Positions 41,210-56,116 of a stretch of DNA of 64,000 nt are shown here, piece by piece. The notes beneath the pieces were generated by a model that saw only the letters and a list, made by a program, of their open reading frames with translations, searched no databases and was not told the DNA's origin. Each line of letters begins with the position of its first letter. Positions within the stretch are counted from its first letter, which is position 1. The position numbers and the translations under genes are program-made. This DNA comes from the human T2T-CHM13v2.0 reference genome, Homo sapiens, in assembly GCF_009914755.1 (NCBI RefSeq), contig NC_060926.1; one strand, given 5' to 3'.

Positions 41210-42310
41210 CCTTCTCTTCTTTCTCTACATGATCAGAGAATAACCACTTCCACCAGGGCTATGATCACTGGGTACATAGCTGCTCCCCTTCTGTCTCCAA
41301 AACCTCAGGCCCACAGAATGCCTCCATGAGGATGGCTCAAGAGACTGTTTAAATCCAGTATGCCCAAAATGGAGATTACTAACTTCAGCCTTAAACTAGA
41401 TCTTCTTCCTGTGATTCCAAGTTCAAAGAAAAGCACCATAGTCTGCTCAATCACCCAACCAGATATCTGGACATCTTTGATTCTTTCCTCTCCCTCTCTC
41501 ATTCCCCATGCCCGAATAAGTACTGACAACACAAACTCCACACCCTAAGTATGCTGCAGATCTACTCTGATCTGTAACTGCACAGATCAGCACTACCTAA
41601 GCTAATGCCTATGTTAGTTCAGCGGTTGCCTAATGAAGCTTCCTGAATTCAGGCTTGTCTCATCCACTTTATTCCCCTACTGATCAGATGATCTTGAAAA
41701 GCTTTTGATCATGTCACCTAAGGTAGTACTAGGTAAGTTTTTCTTACCTTTGCTCATAATGCTCCAGGGATTCCTTATTGCCCTTTGGGTAAATTCCATA
41801 CCCTGCTAACAATTTCATATATCTCAACTCCTTAATTTACACTCAGGGTTTTGAATGAGCTATGCTCTCTTAAAACTTATTTTCTCAAGGACTAAGTCTA
41901 GTCAATTGCCAAACCAGACACCAAACACATGCTCCCTAACCCCTCAAATCTTAGACCAAGTTTGTCCAACCCCCGGCCCACAGGGCACATGTGGCCCAGG
42001 AGAGATTTGAATGCAGCCCAATACAATTTCATAAACTTTCTTACAAAATTATGAGATTTTTGTGATTTTTTTTGTTTAGCTCATCAGGCATTATTAGTGT
42101 TAGTGTATTTTGTATGTGGCCCAAGACAATTCTTTCAGTGTGGCCCAGGGAAGCCAAAAGATTGAACACCCCTGACTTAAATGATTACACTATGCGCTCC
42201 AAGTGTTTATTATTCTCTTTTGTAATCTACCTCACTGGAATATATGATCCTATGAGGTCTGGCATAGTGGGTATGTATTAAATGAATATGTATTGAATAT
42301 AATTGAATAG
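41210..42310 (+). mobile_element. L2 3' portion, interrupted by MER30
   Basis: TAAATCCAGTATGCCCAAAATGGA, ACATCTTTGATTCTTTCCTCTCCCTC, TGATCATGTCAC and a terminal AATGAATATGTATTGAAT. Confidence 0.65.
41957..42174 (-). mobile_element. MER30 hAT-Charlie MITE (second copy)
   Basis: CAAGTTTGTCCAACCC...GGCCCAGGGAAGCCAAAAGATTGAACACCCCTG, homologous to 27905-28123. Confidence 0.9.
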
Positions 42311-43118
42311 AAGTTTGATGCATCTGCCAAAATAATTGTAGTCAAAACAAATCTTTAAAAACCAAACAAAATCTCTATGCCTGTAATTATTTCCTTCAGG
42401 AAGAAAAGTTAGGGTAAAGTTATTTTGCTCTTGCATCCTGTGAAATTCTCTGCAATGTTATTCAGCAATGCAGATAAGGATAATGTTAATCACAGTCAGA
42501 AAGTGTCATTATTTCCATAGGAATTCATCTGTAAATGAGAGACATCTTCACTCTCTGCACTAATTACAATTAATTTACTATTTCTATTATTAGTCTAATA
42601 CACTATCATTTTTCCATAAAATAAACATTAGTAGGACTATATTTCTATATATAAAGTATTGAGTATTAAAGAGCATCAGCCTAGGTCTTTGGAATATGAG
42701 GTATAATCTCCTCTTTACAATGATTATGTAAAATGTACATGTTCTGTTTGAATAAAGGTATACTCCTGGTAACAAGTCTTAAAAACTATAGAGACCAAAT
42801 GTAAAATGTGGAATAACAAAATAATTTTTCTAAAGACCTAATACTACCTTTCATACAGTAAAGGTCCTTCAACAAAATATAAAATTACATCATTAATTGT
42901 TCACATTTATTAGTTCAAAACCAGATACTTCAATAACTAAATTTCTAATATTTTCTTCACATCCTACTACCAAATTTACTTGCCTATATGAAAAGTAGCT
43001 GCTTCTTTATTTGGGATTGTGCCTTACCCTTCCATACTCATATTCATCTCTGACCACAGCAGTCTGTTTTTATGTAAATCATTCTGGAGCAAATTTGTTA
43101 TAAACAAAGTAACCCAAA

Positions 43119-43516
43119 TGTTATGGTTTGGAAATGTGTCCCCACCCAAATCTCATGTTCAATTGTAATCCCCATTGTTGGAGATGAGGCCTGGTGGGAG
43201 GTGATTGGGTCATGGGCAGATTTTCCCATTTGGTGCTTTTCTCCTGATAGAGTTCTCATGAGATCTGGTTGTTTAAGAGTGTGTGCCACCTCCTTCCTCT
43301 CTCTCTTCCTCCTGCTCCAGCCACGTGCACTGCTGGCTTCCCCTTCACTTTGGGCCATGATTGAAAATTTCCTGAAGCCTCCCCAGAAGTCAAGCAGATG
43401 CTGCCATGCTTCCTGTACAGCTTGTGGAAGGAATCGTGAGCCAATTAAATCTCTTTTATTTTTAATTTTCCAGTCTCAGGTATTTCTTTACAGCAGTGCG
43501 AGAATGGACTAATATA
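43119..43516 (+). mobile_element. MSTA-like MaLR solo LTR
   Basis: TGTTATGGTTTGG...CCCACCCAAATCTCATGTT...GAAGCCTCCCCAGAAG..AAGCAGATGCTGCCATGCTTCCTGTACAG...GAATGGACTAATATA. Confidence 0.9.
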
Positions 43517-43519
43517 CCA

Positions 43520-44500
43520 TCTCTTTTCTTCATTCTTGCCACTCTCCTGTACCTTTCCTTTACTCGCAAACTTTCAACCAGGGAGATTTCTCTTCACTGC
43601 TTGTAATTTATCACCCCTCACTCATAAATACCTTGAAATGCAATTTGTTGCCCTACCAATTCGCTGAAGTCTCTCTCCCCAAAGCCCTCAGGAAATTAAT
43701 ACTGGCAAGTTTTATTACCTTTCCTGGGTCCTCCAATTCTGCCTTTCCCAGTAGGCTTTGCCTAGCTCCTTGCTTTGGGGTTTCCATCTACTTCTGCCAA
43801 TCCTCTGCCTCTTCTGGCTTCTCTCCACTAACTTCCTCATTTCCACTGACCCCAAGATGATGCTAATTCTCAAGGTTCCATCATTTTCCCCACATTATGT
43901 CCATTTTCTTCTTCTGGAAGATAGAAACAAATATTTTGGCTGAATAGTCTCTTTTATGGAGATGATTCCTGAATCTTCATTTCTGGCCATGCCTTCTATG
44001 AGCCATTTTCTGTTTGCCTTATACTTCTCTGTAGAACTCCTGTGGGAATATCACATTCAATATGTTTCCAGCTGGAAAACCACCCTTTTGCCTCTACTGG
44101 CTCTGCCTCTTACATTCCTCTTTTTATTTGTTGATAGCCAGTCATCTCCTACTCACCCCAGCTCAAGGCCTTAGGGTTTCCTCTTCCCTGCTCCTGAACT
44201 ATCTATATATTCAGTAAGTTACCAAACAATGTTAATTCTACTTCCAAAATATGATTTGTATCTGACCCTCTCTCACCTGTCCCATAACCACTACAGTGGT
44301 TTAGGATATTATTACTTTCCTAGACCATGGAAATGACCTTCTTCATCTAATCTTTCCTCCCACATACTGTGTTATACACTACTTTCAGATTCATTTTTCT
44401 AAATCACAATTCTTGTCTTGTCGGTGTCCATTCCACAAAAACTTCTAGCTCCCTGCGATTATACCTTTAGGTAAATAACATAGCTCTTTCACCATTCCAA
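43520..44500 (+). mobile_element. Degenerate L2
   Basis: Pyrimidine-rich L2-like motifs: GCTGAAGTCTCTCTCCCCAAAG, AATTCTACTTCCAAAAT and TTTTTCTAAATCACAATTCTTG. Confidence 0.5.
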
Positions 44501-47500
44501 AAGCTTAAATTGGAGATTATATTTTATCTTTCAATCTTCATTAACAGCCAGCACATTACCTTGCATATCTTATTCAACACTTAATGTGGATCTGCTGCAT
44601 TATTTGAAAATAGTCAGTTCTGCTATAGATAAAAAACACAAAAGGGTGGTTGAAAATTGTATTGAGCATAGATAATAGGAAAGGTATAGGCTTAAGAAAT
44701 ATAGGCAAATCTCATAGGATATGTTAACCATAGTAATCAACAAACTAATACATGAGACAAAGGCAGAATAGGGTGTATTAATAGAGTAAGTAATTTATTA
44801 AACTGTAAGACATGCCAAATAAATATATGATAGAGAAAATTTGAGGGAACAAACAAGAGTATTACTTATAAATAGAAAGGAATGGAGAATTTGATTCAAG
44901 ATCCTATGACCTCTGGACTGACATTTCTGTCACATCTAATGTGATACCTGATGTGGCTCAACTTCATATAAGGTGCTTATAACCAATGACCCACACCACT
45001 CTTTTAAAGAAGCACAGGGTCACGTACATGAGGCCACAGCCATAGTTCCATCATAACTTCAGGAAGGGCGTTTATCAGTTTAAATGAGAGTCTCCTTTAG
45101 AGATATCTGACACAGACAGATACTTTCTTTTTGGGAATTCAGGAAAGTGTTAAACTCCTGTGCTCTCAATCTCTCTCTCTTTCTGTTTCCCTCCGCCTCT
45201 ATTCCTCTCTCCCTGATAACTCTCCCTTCACGTTAATCAAGAAGCTTACTAAAACTGGTGATTTACCTTAGGGAAGTTCAGGGCAAAGCAGAAAACAGCT
45301 TGTCTTTTCAATCACAATCAAAACTCATGAGAATCAACTGGTAAGCCCATAGGGGCTTGACTAAGAAAATTGTCTGAATCAAATTTCAGTCTGAATCTAG
45401 CCTCTAGGTACTGCTCTGTAGGCTTCAATTAAGGGTTTAATTCTCCATTCACTGCTGTAAATCATAGCTGGTCTCAGAAAAGCATTCTTAACCACAGCCC
45501 CCTCCCACGTTATCACCCTGAAGCAATAACATTTCCCAGCTCGGACATAAAGCACTGACAGGTTTTTGCAATAAAATGTGACCTTTACTGTTAAAAAATG
45601 TTTTATGACATCTGACAAACCATTTTCTTAATAGGAAGATATATATTCAGTTGATACATTAAAATACTGTAAACAATTTAATTTTGTTGAAGATGTGGAC
45701 CACAATATGTTCCAAATGAGGGACATTTGCTTTGATACCTATCTACATTTTACAAATAACAATAGATCATACTTTCTGGAGGAAAATAACTATTCACACC
45801 AACAGCATCCTCAAAAGGAACATTAGGCTTATCCATTTAGAAAGAATTTCTGTATGCCTGTAGAAACATCCATGAATTTCGAGTGCTCAAATCTTAATAC
45901 TCCTTGCTAAGGGTACTTTGAGGAAAAAGCAACAAAGAGAAAGTGCCTTAAAGTAGAATCTACTTTTACACTGTTGCTTTAATTCATCCATCTCATGTTT
46001 CATGGGTCGTTCAAGTGTGCATTAAAATCACAGGACACAAAGTTCCACATCAAAAGAGGATAAGAAGGAGTCCTGGAAAACTGTATAAAACTAGTTTTTA
46101 AATAGCTGCTTCTTCTTTAAAGTGGAACAAGGGAACATTCAGTAGTAAGGATTTTTGTTGGATTTCATCACATAAATGCTGATCAAAGGGGCTTAGAAAT
46201 CTCCGAAGAGGAGTCTTTGGAGGTCTCTGTAATACTTTTTCTCTTAATATTTATAATCATACTCTCCAAATGCATTTCTAAAGACAAAAATAAAAATTGT
46301 CAGACCATGAAATGCAATATTTATGATTGGAATTTTCCTAAAATGTATATATATGTAAATAGTTTTTGAGCATGTTCATATGACATCATTTGAGGTGTCA
46401 CCTTATGAACAGAAACACATAAGAAGATACAGTGTGTCACAGAATTAAATGTTAGAGGATTCTGATAACCGTCTACCCTACACTAACACCAAAACATTTA
46501 TTAACTCTAAGATAATATATGAATGGCATCATTTCCATTTCTGCTTCAGAGTCACATGAGGTTAAGCATAAAGGCAAGTTGTAACAATAATGATAATAAT
46601 AAGTTACATAATCTCTTCATCTTTACCTAAAACATGAGAGTCTGCTAAAAATTTTGGCCTGGAGTAATCACGGGAGGGATTATTTGAAATTAACTTGACC
46701 TAGGAGTGATTTATGGCAACTTTAACATATTCTTATAAAGAGTTAGAATTCAAATATTTTCTGAAAGTAAGAGAGGAGCTGAACAAATCATTCATTCATT
46801 CTTTGCATTGCTGAGCATTCTTTAGGAAGGGACTATGTCTTATTTAAATTTATATCCCTGTAATCTAGCACAACTTGGAGGCAGGATGTGTGTTCTGCAA
46901 ATGAATATAATAATTTTTAAAATTTATCTTCACTTGCAACTACATATTTCACTTGTATATGCAGAGAAAAAAGTTATATTTATGAACAAAAATGTCTATT
47001 AGTAAGAATAGAGCCTCCATTCATAGTATGGGACCACCATCAATATTTTCATAAGTTTCTGTTTGGATTTATATATAAGGTAACAGTGTTATTATTCACA
47101 AATTCAAAGTTTTTTTGAAGTGCTAAGAGACAGTCAATGATAAAGCCTTCTCTGCAGGGGAGAGAGTTTGGGAGTACAGTTTCCTTGGTTCGCTGCAGGA
47201 TTTCACAAATCTTTCTCTGCGAGGAATTTGTCTTCAATGATCTCTAGTCTATTACATCTGCCCAGAAGGCCTCAGAAATGCTTTGTTGCTGATGGTAGGT
47301 CATAGATTCTAGAAAAAGTGAATTAGTTTAATGGTGAAACTAAAATATGTTTGCCCAAAGCCCCTTTACAGAACCGTATTACTCGAATATTTAAATAACA
47401 TAATTATCTACTGCTTTGACTAACACTTTGAATGGAAAATCACCCAGAAATGCACACAATGTTCACTGTGGCCTGAAACACCACTTTTTCTCCTCTGCTA

Positions 47501-47944
47501 GAGTTCCCACCTGCTAAACATTCTTTATTTTCACAACATGTAATCAAAACATACCCTGCACTTTGTTCCCTATCGCTTGCTGTGCTTATCTGCCACACGA
47601 TATGCATACATCAGATTCATTACAGTTTTAGTCTGGTGCTTGGGGCTCTCTACAAACTGATTGAAATGTACATTTTCTCGACCTCCTCTGTTTGGGAAAA
47701 CTGCATGATAACCAAAAAGTCTTATCCATCATTTCATGGTTAGACATTTTCTTGCCTTTGCTTATGCTATACTTCTTACCCAAGATATCTTCCTTCCCTT
47801 GCTTCAGAGAGCCTAGCTATTCTTCAAACCTCATTTCATGTCAAATATATTCAATTTAGTCTTTCCTAACAGTTGGCGACCACAATAATTTTTCTTTTCA
47901 TTGATCAATTGTACAGTATGCTGTTGATACTATCATCTGTATTA

Positions 47945-48130
47945 GATTTGAGGTCAGAAAATTCGAGTTTAAGATTTGGGCTTGGCACTTAATAACTATT
48001 TAATGCTATTGAATTAATGTATCCTCTCTCTTCCTCAGTTTCCTGCCCTGTACAGCGGGTAAAACAATCTATGAGACAGGGCTATTGCTTACATGGAGAA
48101 AGCCTTTAGAGTAATATTAACAAATAGTAG
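47945..48130 (+). mobile_element. MIR fragment
   Basis: GAGGTCAGAAAATTCGAGTTTAAGA...CCTCTCTCTTCCTCAGTTTCCTGCCCTGTACA. Confidence 0.55.
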
Positions 48131-48960
48131 AGTCTAAGCTCTATTCCTATTACCCTTTAAAAAATATTATTTACTTTCAGTTTTCTAGAAGTTTCTTTAG
48201 GAATCCACTGTTTTGTATAACTATAGCACCATGTGTAACACATAATAGGAATGTAATAATAGGGTTTTTTTGGTAATCTAGATAGCACATATAATAAGTA
48301 GTATACATGTATAGTGCCTAAAAAGCAATATCTATGTAGTTGTAATCTCATGCTGTAGTCTCACATATAGTAGAGAAAATATTCTATATGGCTTATAATC
48401 TATTTAGTAAATAGTTCTAGCCTTAAATCAGTTGTAATGTTTTTCAAAAATACCTTATAGCTACTGATTGATCTAATTCCAATTTAATTCACAAATTCCA
48501 TTAATGGAAATATTTTAACATGATTCAAAGTTGAAATGCCATTACATTTAATGTCCATTTAATTTATTTTTGCAAAATAGAAATTACCACTGGATGCTAG
48601 ATGATATAGCCCTGAAAATGGAGTAAATTATTAGACTTCAGCACACTATTGATGCTATTTGAGACAGACAACTGTTACATGAACCATATAGGAACATAAT
48701 TTTTTCACAGATATAAGCACTTTATGGATATAATAATTATTTGTTTGTGTGTTGAGTTATTTTGCCACTTTGAGATTTTTCTCAATAGCCTTATGTAATG
48801 GAAATATCTAAATAGTTAAATATATGTTGGAAACATAATTTACTAATAAGGAACAATCTCTTTATCTTGAAATCTCAAATTTCAACTAAGTGCTCAGGTT
48901 TGGAAATCTTAACCAAGTATTCAAAATGTGATTTTTCATACATCCAATATTTTCTTTCTT

Positions 48961-49277
48961 TCTTTCTCTTTTTTTAATTTTTTTATTTTTTCTGAGGTGA
49001 AGTCTCACTGTGTTGCCCAGGTTGGAGTGCAGTGGCGCTATCTTGGCTCACTGCAACCTCCGCCTCCCAGGTGTTCACATGATTCTCCTGCCTCAGCATC
49101 CTGAGTAGCTGAGATTACAGGCATGCACCAACATGCCCAGCTAATTTTTGTATTTTTAGAAGAGACGTGGTTTCACCATGTTGCCCAGGCTGATCTCGAA
49201 GTCCTGACCTCAGGTAATCCACTCACCTTGGCCTCCCAAAGTGCTAGGATTACAAGCATGAGCCACTGCGCCCAGCC
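48961..49277 (-). mobile_element. Full-length AluSx-like
   Basis: Dimeric Alu containing CCTGACCTCAGGT. Possible TSD TCTTTCTT at 48953-48960 and 49278-49285. Confidence 0.93.
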
Positions 49278-51100
49278 TCTTTCTTAAAATATATGTTATA
49301 AGCAGATATCTTATGTTTTAATTTGCATTTTACACAACATAGCTCTGAACTAACAGGTTTTCAACAAGCACATGAAATAATCAGCCATCCTGTCTATAAA
49401 GGATAATCAGAATTAAGGAGTATCAGGGCATTAAGAAATCAGTTTCAATTTGATTCCTTTCCTTCCCATATTAATTTTGATTTGCTTACAAACATTGAAA
49501 AGATTTTGGGTTATTGTTAACATTTTGTACACAGCCATGTTGGGCTTAACTTTATTATGAGTGGTTAAAAAAAAAACCCCACAAAGAACATCAAGACATA
49601 AAATTCACAACTGCATCCCCACATGTGTCAAATAAAGACTTGTTCTGGGAAAACTGCTGCTACATGTCTTCCAGATTATAGTTATGGTTTTAACTACAGT
49701 ATTAAATCTGTCCTCTCATTTTTGGAAATAAAAGGTGCTATTAAGTGAATAGCCTCTTCTGAGTGTGTTAAAGTGTGTTTGGGAACACATAAGTTCACAA
49801 TAAATGATCCAATAGAAAAGAAAAGATGGCTGAGTCTTAGGGTCATGGTTTTCTGTGTTTCTATGGAAACTTAGTGGAAACTGTGGGGTTTTTAAAGGGA
49901 TTTTTATTCACATTTCGGTCTTTGTCTTTAAATAATCACTTTGTTACCATTCAGCATTAAGAAATGGAAGTAGCACAAGGGTTGAGTTTGTAAAAAAAAT
50001 AAATAAATAAATAAATCAGTTTTTGAAGTTAAATTAAAGGTGTTGAAATAATTCAGCCCAATGTAATAAAAGCAATCACTCACCTCTAATGCTTCAAGTG
50101 TTTCCTCTGCAATAGCAATTTCCTTTCTACCTTGGAATGATCAGATTCATGAAAAACATGCCCTGATAATGCATTGTTCAGAATTCTATATTTTTGGTGG
50201 GAGATTGACTCCACCTCCTCTCCTGCTCCTTCTGGGTCTGACTTTACCCACCTGAAACTCCTGGATACTACACTTACCACAGGTAAAACAAGGAGGCTTT
50301 CCTTGTTCAAACCTAATGTATATTATACTTAAAATTTTATCATTTTTGAGCTTACTGCTAGTGCCTTTCCTAGCTTAGAGTTCTGTAGAAATAGTTCTCA
50401 AGTGGCTACTTCCAGTAGGGATTTCAGAAGAGAATGGAAGAAAGAAGGATTGATGAGAGAATGCTGGATCCAAAGTTTGAAAACATGGCTTTCCCTCTAA
50501 CTGGGAAAATAATAAACCTATGCACTCTTTCCTTCCTTCAATTTCCTGACTTCCAATATTGCCCAGATTCATGAAGTATGGAGTTAAAGAGAAGTAATAA
50601 ATAAAGTTGAATGGAAATAAAATGAGTTACAAAGCTTTATTTTTAGAGAGGTATTCAATAAGGCCTGAGAAATGAGGATATAAGAAGAAATAAGAACAAG
50701 AAAACCTCAAGATGGAGGAAAAAATATTTTGTGAAATACTTGAGGAATAAACCAGTAATGTAATATAAATAATAATTTAGAAATGAGGGAGTTTTTTTTT
50801 CTAATCAATATAAAACTTTATTGACCCACATTTTACCAGGATGCTTCCACTTCTTGGAGATAAAATGTGATCACAACATACCTTGTGCTCTCAAAGATTT
50901 TATAGCACACTTCGAGAATCAATCATATATACACATTAAGCCATTCACTGTGAGACAGCAACCAGAAAGGAGGTAGAAAAGAGGCGTGGATGAAACACAA
51001 AGGAGAGAACAATAAACTCTACCCTGAGAAGGAGAATTGGGGAACACTCAGATATTAGTTCAATTTGAATTTGAGGTTAACAATAACAGACTATGACCTA

Positions 51101-51244
51101 TTTTATTTATTTATGTATTTATTATTTTAGGGACTGGTTCTCGCTATGCTGTCCAGGCTGGTCTCAAACTCCTGGGCTCAAGCGAACCTCCTGCTTCAGC
51201 ATCCTGAGTAGGTAGGACTATAGGTATACACCACCATGCCCAGC
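51101..51244 (-). mobile_element. FLAM (free left Alu monomer)
   Basis: Single monomer TCTCGCTATG...CAGGCTGGTCTCAAACTCCTGGGCTCAAGCG...CCACCATGCCCAGC with an (ATTT)n tail. Confidence 0.85.
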
Positions 51245-51254
51245 TATTTTTATT

Positions 51255-51485
51255 TGATTTGGCATATTTGTATAGAGTTTCTTGTAAGCATGGGGTTTTT
51301 GAAACTCTCAACCCACTTAATCCTTATAACTATTTTGTGAGTTGGTAATATTATCAGCCCTATTTTACAGAGGGTAAAAAGTGGGACCTGGAAAAGGTTA
51401 AGTAACTTGCCCAAGATGGTGCAGCTACTAAGTGGTAGAACTAGATTTCAGACTTAAGCAGATTTGGCTACAGAGTTACATCATT
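51255..51485 (-). mobile_element. MIR
   Basis: CCTATTTTACAGAGGG...AGGTTAAGTAACTTGCCCAAGATGGTGCAGCTACTAAGTGGTAGAACTAGATTTC. Confidence 0.8.
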
Positions 51486-52025
51486 TTGTCCATAAGTCAT
51501 CAAATGCTGATGCTCATCTGGTTTAAATAAACTTTTTTTCCACCACTTGAAATAATATTATAATTTGGAAGTATAAAGTCTGAAAGTTTAGGTTTTCATA
51601 TGGCCCACAGTCAATAAGCACTTTTCAAGAAATATTGAAGAAAATAAATGAGATTATTAGTACTAAAATTTCTCTACTACATCAAGAATGCCTGAATTAC
51701 TTCCCATATGCCAATATGTGATACATTTTCTCACATTTGGACTCAACTCCACCCTAACAAACACAGGCAAGATGAATCAAACTTAAAAAAAATTACTTTG
51801 GCTTTTTTTTCTCATTTGGAAGGTAACTATTAGAAAAGACCACCAAATATTATACCAAGTATTATCATTGGGGAGAGAATTCTGATTTTTAAGAAGTAAT
51901 AGGCATTTAGTGGCATGATTCACCAAATGCAAACCCTGGGGATCCAAGTCCAGCCCTAAGATGACAGTGAGCAGCCACACTGGCTGATTTCTTGCTGGGA
52001 AAGAAGGCCAGTGCTGCTGACTCGT

Positions 52026-52041
52026 GTCCCAGGTGGCGCAG
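52026..52041 (+). promoter_or_regulatory. Candidate CTCF motif
   Basis: GTCCCAGGTGGCGCAG matches 11 of 14 positions of CCACCAGGTGGCGC, inside a small GC-richer non-repeat patch with several CpGs. Confidence 0.5.
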
Positions 52042-53356
52042 CCGGAACAATTGTATCCTTGGAGTATAGTTGTTAAGAGCAGCTGCTGAGGAACACAGGA
52101 GCCTGAGCATCAGGCCTGTGACACCAGACAAGCTCAATCACTTCTCTCTCAGCTTTTCCTTATATTAAACAGAATAGTCAGGTTGTGAAAAATACAAAAT
52201 GCAAAGAATCAAAATCATGGTTTTGTTAAAAAATTAAAATATGCAATAATGGGAATAATATCATCTATGCCCAAAATAAAAATCTTTAGGGTGTCTTATC
52301 TAATATGTATGGGAGAAGACACTATTCCATCTTTTAAAACTTTTGGATGGGCTTTTTTTTGTGGCCAGGATGAGGACATGAGATGTCTTGTTCTTCCCCA
52401 CGATTGTTATCTCTGCAAGATAAGAAGAGTGTTTTAACAAGGAATTCTAAATTTCTATGTAGAGATAAATAACAAGAATCTACAGATTCTCAGAGAAAAG
52501 ATTTTGGGGTGATGAGGTGACAGTAAATGATAGAGAAACTACAAGAGGTAAAGAAAACTGGCTCAAGGTAGAGGTTCATAGGCCCATGCGGCATAATGGT
52601 AAACACAGCCCGAAGGAACAAGATGTCCAGCAAGAAGTTTCTGGGGGCACAAATGACCAAGGAGTTTATGTGTCTAAAGAAAAACATTGAGTTCCATCTT
52701 CTCTCTTCATCTCACTACTTCCAACCCTATGATCATTGTGGCACTAGTCCATTGGTTTTCCTGGCCCTTCCTCATATCCAGCTTTCCTGATTTTTCCTCA
52801 GCTTATTTCCAATTAATTTCCTTTCTTCTCACTTATCGGTCCTTCAATGTGCAGCCTCCATAATGCAGTTGTTAAAGTCAGGAATCAGAAAGAGGTATCT
52901 TCTTTTGGAGGAATGCAGAATGTTTTATTGTGCTTAATAAACATCCCATAATGCCTCTGAAAAGGCTCTTAGAGTTTATCATGTAAGTATGTGTAAACAG
53001 ATAATATTTAGATATGTATTTTATGCTTGATAGAATATAATTTCTCTCTTGAGGAATTCAGATGGAGCTATAGTATATATTTAGTTCTTCTAAACTGTAA
53101 TTAATTTCCTGATAGAGCAAGGAACTTGAATGAACTATCCTACAAATATATGCAGTATGAAAAATGTTTTAAAGCAGGTGTCTTTTAAATTCTAATCATT
53201 TCATTAGGAAGTTTTGCTAGACTGTACATTAAATGGAGCAAAAAATCTTTATCAAATATCATGACGGGTCTGTAGTAATCACCTTTCCAATTTAAATCTG
53301 TTCTGCAAACACAAACAAGCAAATTCAATGAAACTATGTTGAGCTATGTATTATAA

Positions 53357-54890
<1,534 letters not shown>

Positions 54891-55808
54891 ATTCATTCAA
54901 TCAATAATCATTTGCTGAGTACCTGAGTTAAATACTAAAGAAAAATGTTAACTAAGTATTTTTCCCATACATGAAGATTATTATATACAAACTTAAGGCA
55001 CAAATTGAGTATATTCCATTTTCTCTGTCTTATACTATGAATTTACATATTTCCATTATTATATCTTATTATTTATACATTTTCTTATTTAAAAAGGTAT
55101 CCAATAGAAATTTCCATCTTCGTGTGTGTGTATGTGTATGAGAGAAACAGTTTGCCTATATGCTTTGAGATTATATGTGGGCTATGCAATGCCCAGTTTA
55201 ACTGAACTTTCATAACTCATTTAACTCATATCTTCAATCCCCCAAGTTGTATCTGAGTGTGGTTTGACTATGTAAATATAATACTATGCATATATGAAAG
55301 GTGAATTGTGATTGAACGCTTATCCAGGACAGAACTGAAGTCACTGAACTATCCCACTCTCCTCTGGAGCTCTGGGCATATATATCTAAAGCCACTTGTT
55401 TGATCCACCTCTCAGTGTATCCTGCTCATTCTCCCTTACTGTCTATAGGGTTAATTACTCTTTAACCTACTACAGGGTGATACTATTAATTAGTCTTTAA
55501 CCTACTACTAGTGGTTTCAGCTCTAAAGAAATAAAAAGTTGCATTAAAGTAGGATTCCTTATATAACTAACAGGGTACTTGGTGTATCTAGAACTGTCTC
55601 AACAAGAGTGAAAATGTGTCATTTTCCAAGTGCGAAAATGTGTTGCTATTAGTCAACCTTTTCACATAACATATCTCAAAAAGAGGCAAGTTAGTCCTTA
55701 GAAATGAACCTACTTAGCATCCTTAGAAATGGATCCTCTATGGGCATTTTTCCTGTGGCTGTGGTGTTGGACAGGAAAACATTTCTAGCAGTTAGTCTCT
55801 TAAAAAAC

Positions 55809-56116
55809 GGCTCACGCCTGTAATCCCAGCACTTGGGAGGCCGAGGTGGACGGATCACGAGGTCCAGAGATAGAGACCATCCTGGCCAACATGGTGAAAC
55901 CTCCTCTGTACAAATGCAAAAATTATCTGGGCGTGGTGGCGGGCGCCTGTAGTCCCAGCTACTGTGGAGGCTGAGGCAGGAGAAACGTTTGAACCCGGGA
56001 GGCGGGAGGCAGAGGTCTCAGTGAGCCTAAGTCGCACCACTGCTCTCCAGCCTGGCGACAGAGCAAGACTCCATCTCAAAAACAAACAAACAAACAAACA
56101 AACAAACAAAAAAAAA
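55809..56116 (+). mobile_element. AluSc-like, slightly 5'-truncated, with an (AAAC)n tail
   Basis: GGATCACGAGGTC.AGAGAT.GAGACCATCCTGGCCAAC and CCTGGCGACAGAG (Sc-type). Internal GGGAGGC duplication. Confidence 0.92.

Noticed and set aside
27905-42174. Two MER30 copies in the same orientation as ends of a composite element or segmental duplication
   Set aside because: Each has different flanks and its own 8-bp target site, so they are independent insertions of a common MITE.
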